NCBI GenBank assembly: GCA_050084985.1
Contig: JBITNC010000001.1
Coordinates: 158,782,001-158,846,000 of the forward strand
Direction: 5' to 3'
DNA length: 64,000 nucleotides
DNA from: Nageia nagi
Lineage: Eukaryota > Plantae > Pinophyta
How positions within the stretch are numbered: the stretch's first letter is position 1; each line of letters starts with the position of its first letter. Position numbers and translations under genes: made by a program. The notes under the pieces were generated by a model. That model had not been told where the DNA came from. It worked only from the letters and a program-made list of their open reading frames with translations, and made no database searches. Below are positions 12,881 to 24,444 of this stretch, one piece after another.

Positions 12881-14551
12881 AAGAAATTTTCAAATGAAAG
12901 GTTAAATTATATTACAAGATTATAAATGCTTTAGATCAAAAGTGGATGGATAGGCATCCTTTTATAGAAGTTCAAACTAATTTAAAGAGTTGTGATATAT
13001 CAAAACCAATCAAGTCTACAATAAAAAAGAGTGTATAATGATTAACATCTTATTAAATATTTTTGATGGGAGAATTATACAGAAAGTTAGTGTCATCCAT
13101 CATATGCAACTAACCTACAATCTTGAGGATTAGAATGTCCTAGCTATCTTTAATATCCCCAAAACCATCATCACCCATACCAAGGAGAACATACAAGTCA
13201 TTAATGCTAATAGTAATGCTAATGCTAGTTCAATTACTCAACCCTACTCTTGGGTTGGATAAAGTGGGGTGAATATCCCATTTACTAACATGGAAGGAGG
13301 AGCTGATGCCTAGAGTATCTTTGAGATGATGAATTGGTTGACATGAAAAAAGAACTTATTGCCATTAAAAAGAACTTGTTGAATATGGGGCTTGAAGAAG
13401 GATTCAATCAATTTCTAGGATACTTAAGTATCAATTCAGCTCTCTATAATTGCTAGAAAAGATGAAAGAAATCTTCTATATCACCATAAAAATAACAAGT
13501 CAAGTTCTAAATTCAAAGATATTTAAGAATTTGGCCAATAGGCAAGCCATGAGATAACAAGCTCCAAGCATAAAAAGCTTCCTAAGGTTCAATGTACAAT
13601 GCCCATGCCATCTTAAATATGAGATTACATCTAGATAATATAGAAACAAGATCCTATTTCATATTAAGCCTAGGATTCATTGACAAGTGACAAGAGATCC
13701 AAAACTACTCTATATGAGCTTTGTAATTGAGAAGGGGTTTATTAGTATGCTAAACCCAATTAGACCACTAAAGTCTTTAAAAAAATTTACCAATTTTTGT
13801 ATTTATGCTTAGATTGATATTATATTGTATATCTTTGTGAATATTTAAGATTTTTGTTGGTACATACAAGAATTCACCATAGGAATGCTTGGGATCTTCA
13901 ATCTTTGTATCCTCCTTTGAAATTGTATGCATTTAGTATATTTTTAGGGTATAAACATCATAATTTGCATTTAGATCTATTAAATCTCCATTTATTCCCA
14001 TACATTCATTAATTTATGGTTTAAGAATATATTTAGTCTTGTGGTATCCTTAGATCCTAGAGATCTAAGGATCTTTAACATTCTTTCAAATTTGTAAGGT
14101 TTGAATTATTTTGAAGGTTATTATTATTATTTAAATTACATAATTCTTGGGTTTATCCATTCTAATTGTTTTAAAGCATCATTTTAATTGTTCAAAGTAC
14201 ATATAGGAATATTCACATTGCATTATAGGTATCCTTATATTCATTATCTTCATTGATTGGAGGCTAGAGGGCTCACATTGCCTTTTGGAGTGAGTCAACT
14301 CACTCCAAGCTCATTTAGGTGCCATAAGGGGCCTAAATTGGAGGATCCCTACTATATTTAGATGCATTTAGGTTTATTTAGCATTATTGCTAGTTCTTGA
14401 AGCACAATTTGAAGTTTAACACATATCTCTAAACTCATCTTTACATCATTCAAACTTAAAAAGCATATATTTTGTAATATATAAGATACTTAAATGCACT
14501 AATATCTTGAGCATATTTGATGCACATTAGATGGTGATTTTGGGTGCTATA

Positions 14552-17105
14552 GTGTTTCCCCTATTTAATGGTAAAGAAGGTTTTGTTCCCACTATAACTA
14601 TATGATAAGCTAGGTAATAGATAGTCTAGGCTTCTTACAATAAGCCCAAGAAATCCTCTTCTACATGGAGTCTCTTATGTCAAAGCCTTCCTCTAGGTGA
14701 TCATTTAAAGTCTCTAGGTATCACTAACCCATGATGCCCATTCTATAATATTTGATAATAAGGGTAAATTATATTATCAAAAACATGAGGGGTTTTGTCT
14801 AGACCTCAAAAAAATTGGTCACAAAATGATTTCTAAAATAGGAAACTGCTACCCAACTATACCTGGTGGTAGCTAATAAAATATACAAAAAAACCTATTA
14901 ACAAAATAGGTTTAGATGCTACCTAGCTCTAACCTGTTGGTAGCCTTAATGCAACCTACAATACAAATTGTATTAATAGAAAATCATCAAATTGTAGTCA
15001 AAATACATTTGAATCATAATTGAGATACAACCCAATTGCCTCTTTATTGTTGGAACATTATATAGTCAAGAGATTCTTTATTCAACCCAAATGTAGGTTG
15101 AGATTTGTTGATTTGATGTAAAGTTAATTACTTTCCATTCACTCTATCATCTTTAGTTTATTTCTCTCTAGTCTGTCCTTGGGATGGTCTCCCTACATGG
15201 CTTTGTCTAACATTTGTTGTTTTTCAAGAGTTTAGTACATTTTTTTAAGGGATTCGATCTTGACCTTCTTCTTATTATGTTATTGTTGCTTGACTATCTG
15301 CATTCCTCACTTTTTTTTCACCCTCCTTATTATTTCTTCATCTTTCCCTTCTACGATTTCCATATTTGTTATCTCATCTTCTGAAATATATGTATTATAC
15401 TTCATTTCTTCTCTATGTATTCTTTCTAAAATTGATAGCACTATATAGGGATTTATTGTGGTTGATTTCTTTCATTGCACTTCTTTTGAAGTTGACTATT
15501 TTTTTGATGTGGTTCATTTTATCTATGTTTTGGTTGTATTCATCTAATTTTTCCCTACTTTTTTTTTCTGAACTGATTTCCACCCATGCTTTTTTTGTTC
15601 ACCTTGAGACGTCTTTTCATTTTTTTCCTTTTCTCTACTTTCTTCATCCTTTTATTTTTTGGGAAATCCTTTGCATAGTGCTCATAACTCTTACAAATTC
15701 CATATTATACTGCATATCTTCATATACAATTGGTTGCATCCATTCTCTTTTATCCTTTGATTTTTAATTTAAACTCCTTCATCATAGGTTTAGAAATATC
15801 TAAATTAACCACAAATATTACATCTGTAAACTTAAGTTTTAATCTTGTTGATCACTTAATTTGACAAGGGATCCTAACTACTTTTGAATTTTGGCTATTA
15901 CACATAGTGCCAACAAGATGAGTGATTCCAGGTAGTGAGACCATGTTGGAATGAGGTTGAAAGTTTTAGTTTTCAGGGAGGGAAGTTTTCTCCCATTGCT
16001 TGATGACTAATCCTTTCTTCTTAAAAAAAATATGGATCCATGTCTATCACTTTTTCTGGGTCTTCATCAAACAAAAACTTAAAAAATTAAAAATTCTTTG
16101 GGAGAGAAATCAGGGACACCATCCTTTTGTACTCCATTCTGACTTTCACCCAACTTCGAATCATATCTAGAGGATCATACCCCCAAAATGACCAACAAGG
16201 TTGATTTTATCCTCTCCTCTTCATTCTCTATTATACTTTTTAGAATAAAAATACTAACCTCATCATTAGAGAATTTAGCTCTATACCATCCTGATTGCCT
16301 CCTCTAGAATGGTTATTCTTGCATCAACAGTTTTTCCATTCCTTGGGGGTTTTGCATAAAGTTCAATTTGATTTATTCATTGCATTTTGAATATCATTCA
16401 ACTACATTTTGGTCAAGATTATAGCTTCACTAAGCTGTAATTTACTTAATAATAGCCTATCATGCTTCTAAAATAATTTGCTTGCACTTCTCTACTCTAT
16501 GCTCACCCTTCTGTTTGTTGCAGTTCGCATTTTGTTAAATTTCTCTTGCAAACCCCACTTTTTCATTGATTTCGATTTTTTCCCATTCTATAATATACCT
16601 AAATTTTATTTTCACTTATTTTGGGCTTATGAGAAGGCCTAAAGTGCATGGAGGTGTATTTTCACTTTCTTATATGATTTATGCTAGTCACCTTCTCTTA
16701 GAAATAGGCATTATTGGATGATGTTCTCACCTTCACTCACCCATTGCATGAAGGTGAAATATTTTTTGAATTAGCATTTTATATCATTTATGAAAAGTCT
16801 TATTAGAATCATTTTTTCTTGACAATCTATATCTCTATATTCTTTTTTTTTTTTAACATGATGGTAGTGTTTCATAATGTATAACTATAAATTTGTATTT
16901 AGATAAACAAAGTGGTGATGGAACTAGAGCATGTTTGTATTCTAATAGAATATTGGAAAACACCTTTGTATTATGAGTTGAATTCCTTAAGATCATTCAT
17001 CCTATGATAAATATAGGTCTCATTCATACCAAAACCATCTTTGTGTGTGAGAGATCAATCCTTCGAGAATAATAAATCAAATCGCTACTAATTATAAAAT
17101 CTTGG
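14552..17105 (+). mobile_element. LINE family X 3' region (zf-RVT), interrupted by a nested insertion
   Basis: WSLLCQSLPLGDHLKSLG...CPFYN..HLFW..E.A..AW zinc-binding motif. Homologous to 29545-30230 and 60215-60920. Confidence 0.7.
14752..16581 (-). mobile_element. Nested LINE-derived insertion (ORF1-like) with 15-bp TSD
   Basis: Exact direct repeat CCCATTCTATAATAT at 14737-14751 and 16582-16596. Paralogous LINE X copies have a single copy of this sequence. Minus strand has decayed DUF4283-like EDPEKVIDMDPYFFKKKGLVIKQWEK and RMQPIVYE followed by a zinc-knuckle-like remnant. Confidence 0.7.
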
Positions 17106-17366
17106 ATTCTAATTTGGTGCATTTCTCTAACACCATAGTTTATTTTCATATGAGTGGTGATATGCCATATCCATACTCAATTGTGTAACATTAAAATCAT
17201 TATCAGCTTTGACAATTATAATTGTTGCCTTTGGCTACAGTTATCTCCATTTCATCATTATTCTTTTCATCCACCTTCATATATTTGAGGGCATAATCTG
17301 ATGAAGAATGGAGGATTTGATCAACCTCTTCACATGTTATTTAATCAAATTTTTAGTCTTTCCCAT
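17101..17366 (-). pseudogene. IQD-b: degenerate exon-1-only IQD pseudogene
   Basis: Aligns to IQD-c exon 1 from ATG (CAT 17364-17366) to the RIQ codons, with heavy C>T/G>A change and indels. Intron and exon 2 are absent; it is fused directly to LINE X. Confidence 0.85.
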
Positions 17367-17662
17367 TCTTCACAATACAATTATCACTTAAATCTCACAA
17401 CAAAGTTTCTTAAATTTATTTTTAGCCTTTTGCATGGAAATCTAAGAAGTGGGGGGCTACAGTTGGTGGGTGAAAAGGTTGCAAATGCAGTGAGTTTTAG
17501 CTTTAGTGATGCACCACAACTACACTTTGCACATCGAAAAATCATAAATGGTGTAGGAAAGACCCCATGATACTACTTACATGTTGCCTATAATTGACTT
17601 AAGAGGTTCAATAAATTAGATATACATCCTTTCCAAATAAAATAAATTTTAATTATTAAATT

Positions 17663-18637
17663 GGGTAAGTGGAAGAAGATGAGTCCCACCTTGGAGGAAG
17701 TCTTAGGAATTTTAGGTTTTTAATTTATTTAATAACTTTTTATTTTTTTAGAATTATGAAAAAAAATGTGTGCACAATCTGCATACAATTCTTCATAAGT
17801 TTAAAATAAAAAATAGAATGATAAGATTAGGTCAAATTATGCTTGTCGAACATGAACACTTTTGAAAGGATAATCTTAGCCAATAAAAAATTATTAAAAT
17901 ATAAAGTTATAAAAAATTACAAAAATAATATCCTCATAATCTTTAGTATCTTAGGTATCTTTACTCAAAAGGATTTAAAAAATAATAATTTAGGTCCAAT
18001 TATGCTTGTTGGACATGATGGGGTATGGTTGTGAAACTATATTTTTTAAATAATTGGTTTTGTATTTGTTTAATAACTTTTTTATTTTTTTAAATTGTAA
18101 AAAACATAATATATGTACATAATCTACATACAATTCTTCATAAGTTAAAAAATTTAAATTAAAAATAATAAGTTTAGATCAAATTATGCTTGCTAGACAT
18201 AAGCACTTTTCAAAATGACAATCAATGTTAATAAAAAATTAATAAAAATAAAATATTCATGAAAAAATTATTTAAAAATATCCTCCATAATCTTTAGTAT
18301 CTCAGGTATCTTTACCTAATAGGATTTAAAAAAAAAATCTAATTTAGGTCCAATTATGCTCTTTAGACACGGTGGGGTATGGTCTTAAAAATATATTTTT
18401 TAAATAGTATCTTTTAAACATATTCATAAAATATTAATTTTTATCATCTAGGTATTAGAATAAATTATCTATTTAAAACTTAGACTATGAGAACTACATT
18501 TTTACCCAAGTGACCTTTTTGAAGACTTGGACTCTAAGTGCTTCAAATTTTGATATCAAGTGTGACCAAACCTAAAAATCAAGAGAAATATTTCCACTTT
18601 TTGGACAAAAGTGGGACTCATATTCTTGCACTTAACC
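17663..18637. mobile_element. Non-autonomous TIR DNA transposon (MITE-like, possibly PIF/Harbinger)
   Basis: ~30-bp imperfect TIRs: GGGTAAGTGGAAGAAGATGAGTCCCACCTT versus rc GGTTAAGTGCAAGAATATGAGTCCCACTTT. 3-bp TSD ATT. Empty site upstream of IQD-a (~12870). Internal ~340-bp tandem duplication. Confidence 0.7.
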
Positions 18638-19081
18638 ATTTAATAAAATAATTTCACAAGATGAAAAGTTATACTATTTTAAAAGATTATAAATTCTTTG
18701 ATCAAAAGTGGTTGGATAGGCATCCTTTCATAGGACCTCAAATTAATTTAAAGCATTGGGATATATCAAAATATTGTTGGTGGAGAACAATATAGGAGGT
18801 TAGTATCATCCACCATGTGCTAACAATATATATTCTTGATGATTAGAATGTTCCAACTATATTCAATATACCCAAAGTCATAATCACCCATATCCGAGAG
18901 GCCACTCGAATCATTAATACCAATATAAATGCTAATGTAAGTTACATCACTCCATGTTACTATTAGCTTGAAGATAGTAGTATGGATGTCCCATTCATTG
19001 ACATGGTAGGAGGAGATGACACTTGGATTCTCTTTAGGATGGTGAACTAGTGAAGGCTATGACCAATACATTTCATAAGAG

Positions 19082-22000
19082 TGTAACGAGAGGCATGGGG
19101 AGGCCTCCATTGAGATCTCAAGCTACAAGGCTCTTGAGACCTTGATTGTTCTCTCAAAGAAAATCCAAGGGAGACATAGCTAACCACACAATGTGCATTA
19201 TCCTAATGTTCAAAAGTGTAACATTACCTTTTTGTAAAAATTAGTTAATTTTAGAATCATAGGGATTTCCTTTTTGTAAATATTTATTTTCTTACAAATT
19301 TATTACTAATTTCTTGGGATAGAAATATAAAGGTCCATCAAACCCACTTGTGAGCCCATGATGGATGTTTTCCTCTCAACATAGTGAATGTTATTTTATT
19401 TATTATTTAATGTACATGTATAAACACCTATTTTCCCCAATTTTGGATTTGGGAGCAATTATACACATGCACCAGCTTTGGGAGACTATTAGACCCCCAT
19501 AATTGCAAATGATGACCCCCTTACACCCATACATGACTCCTAGATCCATGTTATACCTTTGATACCCCCTTGGAATGTGTGGTATCCTAAGATCTCACAT
19601 TGGCATGTGTAGCATCTTATGACATCACATTGAGTAGTTATGATCCTTGGGTACCCATGTTGGGCATGCTTGACCCCTTGAGATCTTAGGGCTCCAAAAG
19701 GTCAATGTGGAGATTGGAGAGGTGAGATATAGATCCAATGGAGAGATATATAAGGCTAAGGAGCCTCATATTTGAGAAAGAATGAATTTTAAATTAAATT
19801 TAGAGATATTAAAGACTTAGTAGTGTTAAGCACCCTTGCACATGGAGCAAAAGGAGAGCGCAAGAAGCTTAGGATACCTTCTATCTTACATGGTTGAGGT
19901 GTTGTTTGTGTAAGTAAGGATGCCCTACCATGAGTCATCCACAAGTGATTTTCATCTTTGAATCCATATTGTAGAATTCTAGAAACACACCTAATCTCTT
20001 TGTTAGGAGATAGTATGTGAGGGAGGCCTTCGGTGAGGTATCCATAATGTTGGTAGGAGACGATCATTCTACCCAATTTTTAGTATCTATATCATCATTG
20101 CATGTATCTTAGTTGGTTCCTTGAAGGCCAACATTAATCCCTTGGGCCTAATATTATATCATTTACTATTTTTATCCTTAATATAGCCATAGAAACCTTT
20201 GGATCTGAATAATAGTCTCATTATGTGTTATGCATGCTTCTATATTCCCCATGTTGAGCTATTTTGTATGTTTTACTTGTTAAATGTAATATTGGCATAT
20301 ATGGATGTATGTGGCATAGTATACTTGACTCTTGGTACATGACATTGGGCATTTAAGTGATGTTCCTTGCTTATAGAGGGATGGTTGAATTGAATATATT
20401 TCTAGATAATTTCTATGTTGAGTATCAAATCTAAAGATCAAAGCTAAAAGATCTTAATACTTGTAAAAATTAAAGCCAAACTTAGAGTGAAAAAATTAGA
20501 ATTCAAAAAGGTAGGATTTTTCTAGTTACTCCAAAAATTTGAAGACAATAAGATCCATTAGGAACAAAGGGAGAAGATCTTATGGTAATTGGGTTAATGG
20601 CATAAGGAGAAGATGAGAAATAATAGGGAGGATACGTAGGATCCCATATCTATTTCACCACATAAGACTATACCAAAGATAAAAGTTTTGCTCCAAATCT
20701 ATTAGGGAAGCATCAAGGAGTTCCAAAGAGACATCATATTCTAGCTTTATCAAGATCTTTTGGGTTATAAAGTGGTAAAATGTAGAAAATATAACATTAG
20801 AGAGGAAGGACCAACCACGACCTCAATGTCTAGATTGTACTATTCAAAAGCACTAAATACTTGGTTTCTTTGTTGGGTCTAAAGAAAAGAAGTGAAAAAA
20901 AGTTGTCACTTAGATTAGGAGCATCCTATATCAGATTAGAGGCCACCACTCATATTTTTTCAGCCAAGAAGGTGAGTTCTATCATTTGCAAGGAGCATTT
21001 AGAGTGGAATTGTATCTCCATACTAGCAAAGGGACATCCTAAGTTGCATACTAAGGAAGCAAGATTAAAGCCAGTAGAGATCCAATGTATCTTGGATAAG
21101 TACCTTGATGTATTTGGAGATATTCCTAGAGGTTTCTACCCTTAATAGGATTCAAAATTGGTTATGACCTTTCCTTACCAACATCCAAAACTTTACAAGG
21201 ATGAGAATGAAAAAAATATCAAGGAGTTGCTAGACATGGGGTTCATACGATCACTCTTAATTCCCTTCTCTTCTTTAATGGTGTTGGTCAAGATGAAGGA
21301 TAGGACTATGTATATGTGTATTGACTAACAAATGCTCAATAAGAAGACCATAAAAATTAGGTACCCCATTCCTAGATAGATGATCTTATTGATAAGTTAC
21401 ATGGAGTTAGGTATTTTTCAAAAATTTATTTGAGATCAAGCTATCATTAGATAAGGATGAGGGAGGATGATATTCATAAAATTGCATTTAGATGCCACTA
21501 TGGACATTTTGAATTTCTAGTTATTCCATTTAGATTAATTAATGCACTAGCTACTTTCCAATTAGCCAAGAATCAGGTTTTTAGGAAACAACTAAGAAAG
21601 TTTGTGTTGGTTTCTTTTTATGATATATTGGTGTATTGCAAAATGTGGGAGGAGCACTTCCTACACTTGGACCACATTTTGAGCATTTTCCACAAATAGA
21701 AACAATACAAATGTGAGTTTGGCATGATTGAAATTCTATATTTGGGGCATGTAATCAACCATGAAGGAGTTAGAGTGGATGAGAAAAAATTTAAACAATC
21801 CAAGAATATATGGTGCCTACCACTTTGACATAATTGAGAGGGTTTTGGGGCCTATACAATTACTACAAGAAGTTCATACATGGTTTCTAACACTTGTCTT
21901 CCCCTTTAACACAGCTGACTAAGAATGATGCATTCATATGGAGCGAGCATGCTTAGGATGCTTTTGAGATTCTCAAAAAAGCTTTTGTGTTCCTACCCTT

Positions 22001-23100
22001 GCTTGGCTATTCCTAATTTTTGAGTTCCTTTTAATGTTGAGTGTGATACATTTAAGCTTGGGGTTAGGGTTGTACTTATGTAAAAAAAATAGCCAATAGA
22101 ATTTGAAAGCAAGAAATTTACTAATGCAGAATAGAATTTTAGTATATATGACAAGGAGATGTTGGTCATCATGCATGCATTGGAGAGACTCAGGAAATAT
22201 TTTATTTGTGATACTTTCATCATCAAAACTGACCATAATAACCTAAAATATTTTCTAAGTCAATCATATTTGAGTGAAAAGCAACAAAGGTGGGTAAGTA
22301 AGCTCCAATCTTTTGATTTTGAAATTTAGTATATCAAGGGGAAAAAAATATAGTTGTTGATACATTATCTAGGAATCCTTCTTTCTATTCTCTCTCCTTT
22401 ATTTTTTTTATTGGAAAATAAATATCATGATTGAATATACTAAAGATAAGTTTTCTCAAGGTACTTCAGATGGGACTCTAAAAAAAAAAAGGATACACAG
22501 TTAAGGAGGGGCTGATTTTGAAAAATAATAGAATTTTCTTAACCCCTGACTAAAAAATGAAGGAAAACATGCTCCATGCCTTGCACAATATCCCATTTGC
22601 ATGTCATACAAGGATCATGAAGACATATAAAGTAGTAAGAGAGAGATTTGCATGGAGAGAAAAATGAGGAACATATGAGGGGAATAGGATTACTTCAACC
22701 ATTTCCCATTCCATAAAAAAAATGGGAAGATATCTCCATGAATTTCATTATTGGACTCCCAAAGGTGCAAGGAAAAGATTGTATTTTTGTTGTATTAGAT
22801 AGGCTCACCAAGTTTGCTTGTTTCTTTGCCATTACTACCATATATACAACAATAGAATTGACTAATATTTTCTTTAAGGAAATATTTAGATTACATAGGT
22901 TGCCAAAAAGAATTGTAAGTGAAAAGAACAACAAATTCATGAGTATGGTTTGGCAAAGACTATTTCAATTAAGTGGTACTAATTTGACCCAAGTACTAGC
23001 TATCATTCACAAACTGAAGGGCAAACAAAAATTGTGAACAAATGAATAGAGGGGTATTTGAGGTACTAGGTAACAACACAACAAATGTGGGTCAAATGAC
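19082..23100 (+). mobile_element. Ty3/gypsy retrotransposon, 3'-truncated and decayed (5' LTR, RT, RNase H, integrase)
   Basis: TGTAAC start. RT motifs [32 protein letters not shown] and FVLVSFYDILVY. RNase H YDKEMLVIMHAL. Integrase WEDISMNFIIGLPKVQGKDCIFVVLDRLTKF. Many stops. Confidence 0.9.
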
Positions 23101-23586
23101 TCCACACCTTTTTTTTTTATAAAATGTTTATATTTTATTATTCTAATATAGTTTTATAAAAAAGAATATAAAAGAGATCAAAGTTATAAAAGATTTACAT
23201 TTTATTTTAATTCAATAAAACACTTATAATTTACATATTATGAAAATTAATTTTTCAATTCATTATATGTAAAAACGCAAAAGTTTCATGATATAAGAAA
23301 ATATTTTAGAAACTAACTTTTAGAATTTTATGAAAAAGTTACAAATACATAGAAAAGCAAATTCCAATAACAAAAGAATTATAAGAATATCAACTTTACC
23401 AAACTATATTACAACATTCTTAATAACCAAATAAAATCTAATTAAAATTATTAGTTGTAAATAAAGATAGTAAGAGGATAAAATAATACGATTGCAATAA
23501 TTATCTACCATCAAAGATGATTAAGCTAAAAATCAAGAATAAGCTTGCTTTTGATGGGTCTGAGACTCGAATTTATTTTCTCAGGT

Positions 23587-24230
23587 TCAATTTTTTGCTA
23601 GATAGAACACAGGGAATCGGGAGGCTTGTTTGAGGAGCTTTCGGGATCTGACGCGCTCTTGAAGTCTGATGAGAGTCTCCATGCACTGCAAGGCCATCCT
23701 CGCCTCCCTCCTCACAACAAACCCGCGGAACAATGCCTGCAACCTCACCACCGCCTTCAGAGCACGCAATGCCTTCTTTGCTTGCATCGCAAACACAAAA
23801 CAAAAATAATATCATTTATTTCTTCATCAAGGTCAGGCAATCGAATGTATGCTTAGTTTAAAGCCTTTGATCTTACGAGATGGCCTCGGTAGGCTGCTTG
23901 GATTCTGATGGCGGCGCGCTGCTCTACACACCACACTTCATTTTCATACGAGCGGCGATATGCCATATCCATACTCAGTTGTGTAAGATTGATCATTCTC
24001 GGTTGTGTAAGATTGATCATCCTCGGTTGTATAAGATTCAGAACCACCGCGGCGGCTTGAACGGCTACCGCTGCTGCCTTTGTTGCTGCGGTTGTTGCTT
24101 GGGCTATCTCCTTTTCACCGTCATTCTTTTCATCATCTTCGTATATCTGAGGGGAATAATCTGGCGAAGAATGGGAGGATTTGGTCATCCTCTTCACATG
24201 CTTTTTCAGCAAATTTTCAGTCTTTCCCAT
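23587..24230 (-). CDS. IQD-c: short IQ67-domain calmodulin-binding protein, exons 24230-23877 and 23781-23587 (~182 aa); splice acceptor mutated
   Basis: EQRAAIRIQAAYRGHL|AKKALRALKAVVRLQALFRGFVVRREARMALQCMETLIRLQERVRSR is an IQ67 domain with the family's conserved phase-0 intron (95 nt, GTAAG donor). MGK start, Ala-rich motif, AATAAA just after the stop. Acceptor reads CAA, not CAG. Confidence 0.8.
23974..24038 (-). repeat. 24-bp coding tandem repeat (~2.7 units) in IQD-c
   Basis: GGTTGTGTAAGATTGATCATCCTC units encode NLIQPRMI-NLTQPRMI-NLTQL. IQD-d has a single partial unit, a 48-bp difference. Confidence 0.9.
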
Positions 24231-24444
24231 TCTTTCACAATGCAACTGTCATCTCACCAACAAACAAAGTTTCTTTGAAATCCAGTCGTTGGCTTTTTGC
24301 GTGGAGATAAATCGAAGAAAAAGAGGGCGAGGTGCAGAGGTGGGTGGCCGAAAAGGCTTCAAATGTGGTGAGGTTTAGCTTTAGTGACGCACCACAACTG
24401 CACTCTGCACGTCCAAAGCACCCCAATGTTGTTTTTTTCATATT

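Noticed and set aside
13700-14551. Solo LTR ending GGGTGCTATA
   Set aside because: LTR-like, but no matching 5' end or TSD was found.
15260-15767. Hydrophobic membrane-protein-like ORFs
   Set aside because: Antisense of purine-rich LINE ORF1 sequence.
23626-24310. Plus-strand ORFs overlapping the IQD copies (also 12252-12637 and 61782-62012)
   Set aside because: Antisense shadows of GC-rich IQD coding sequence, with no independent support.
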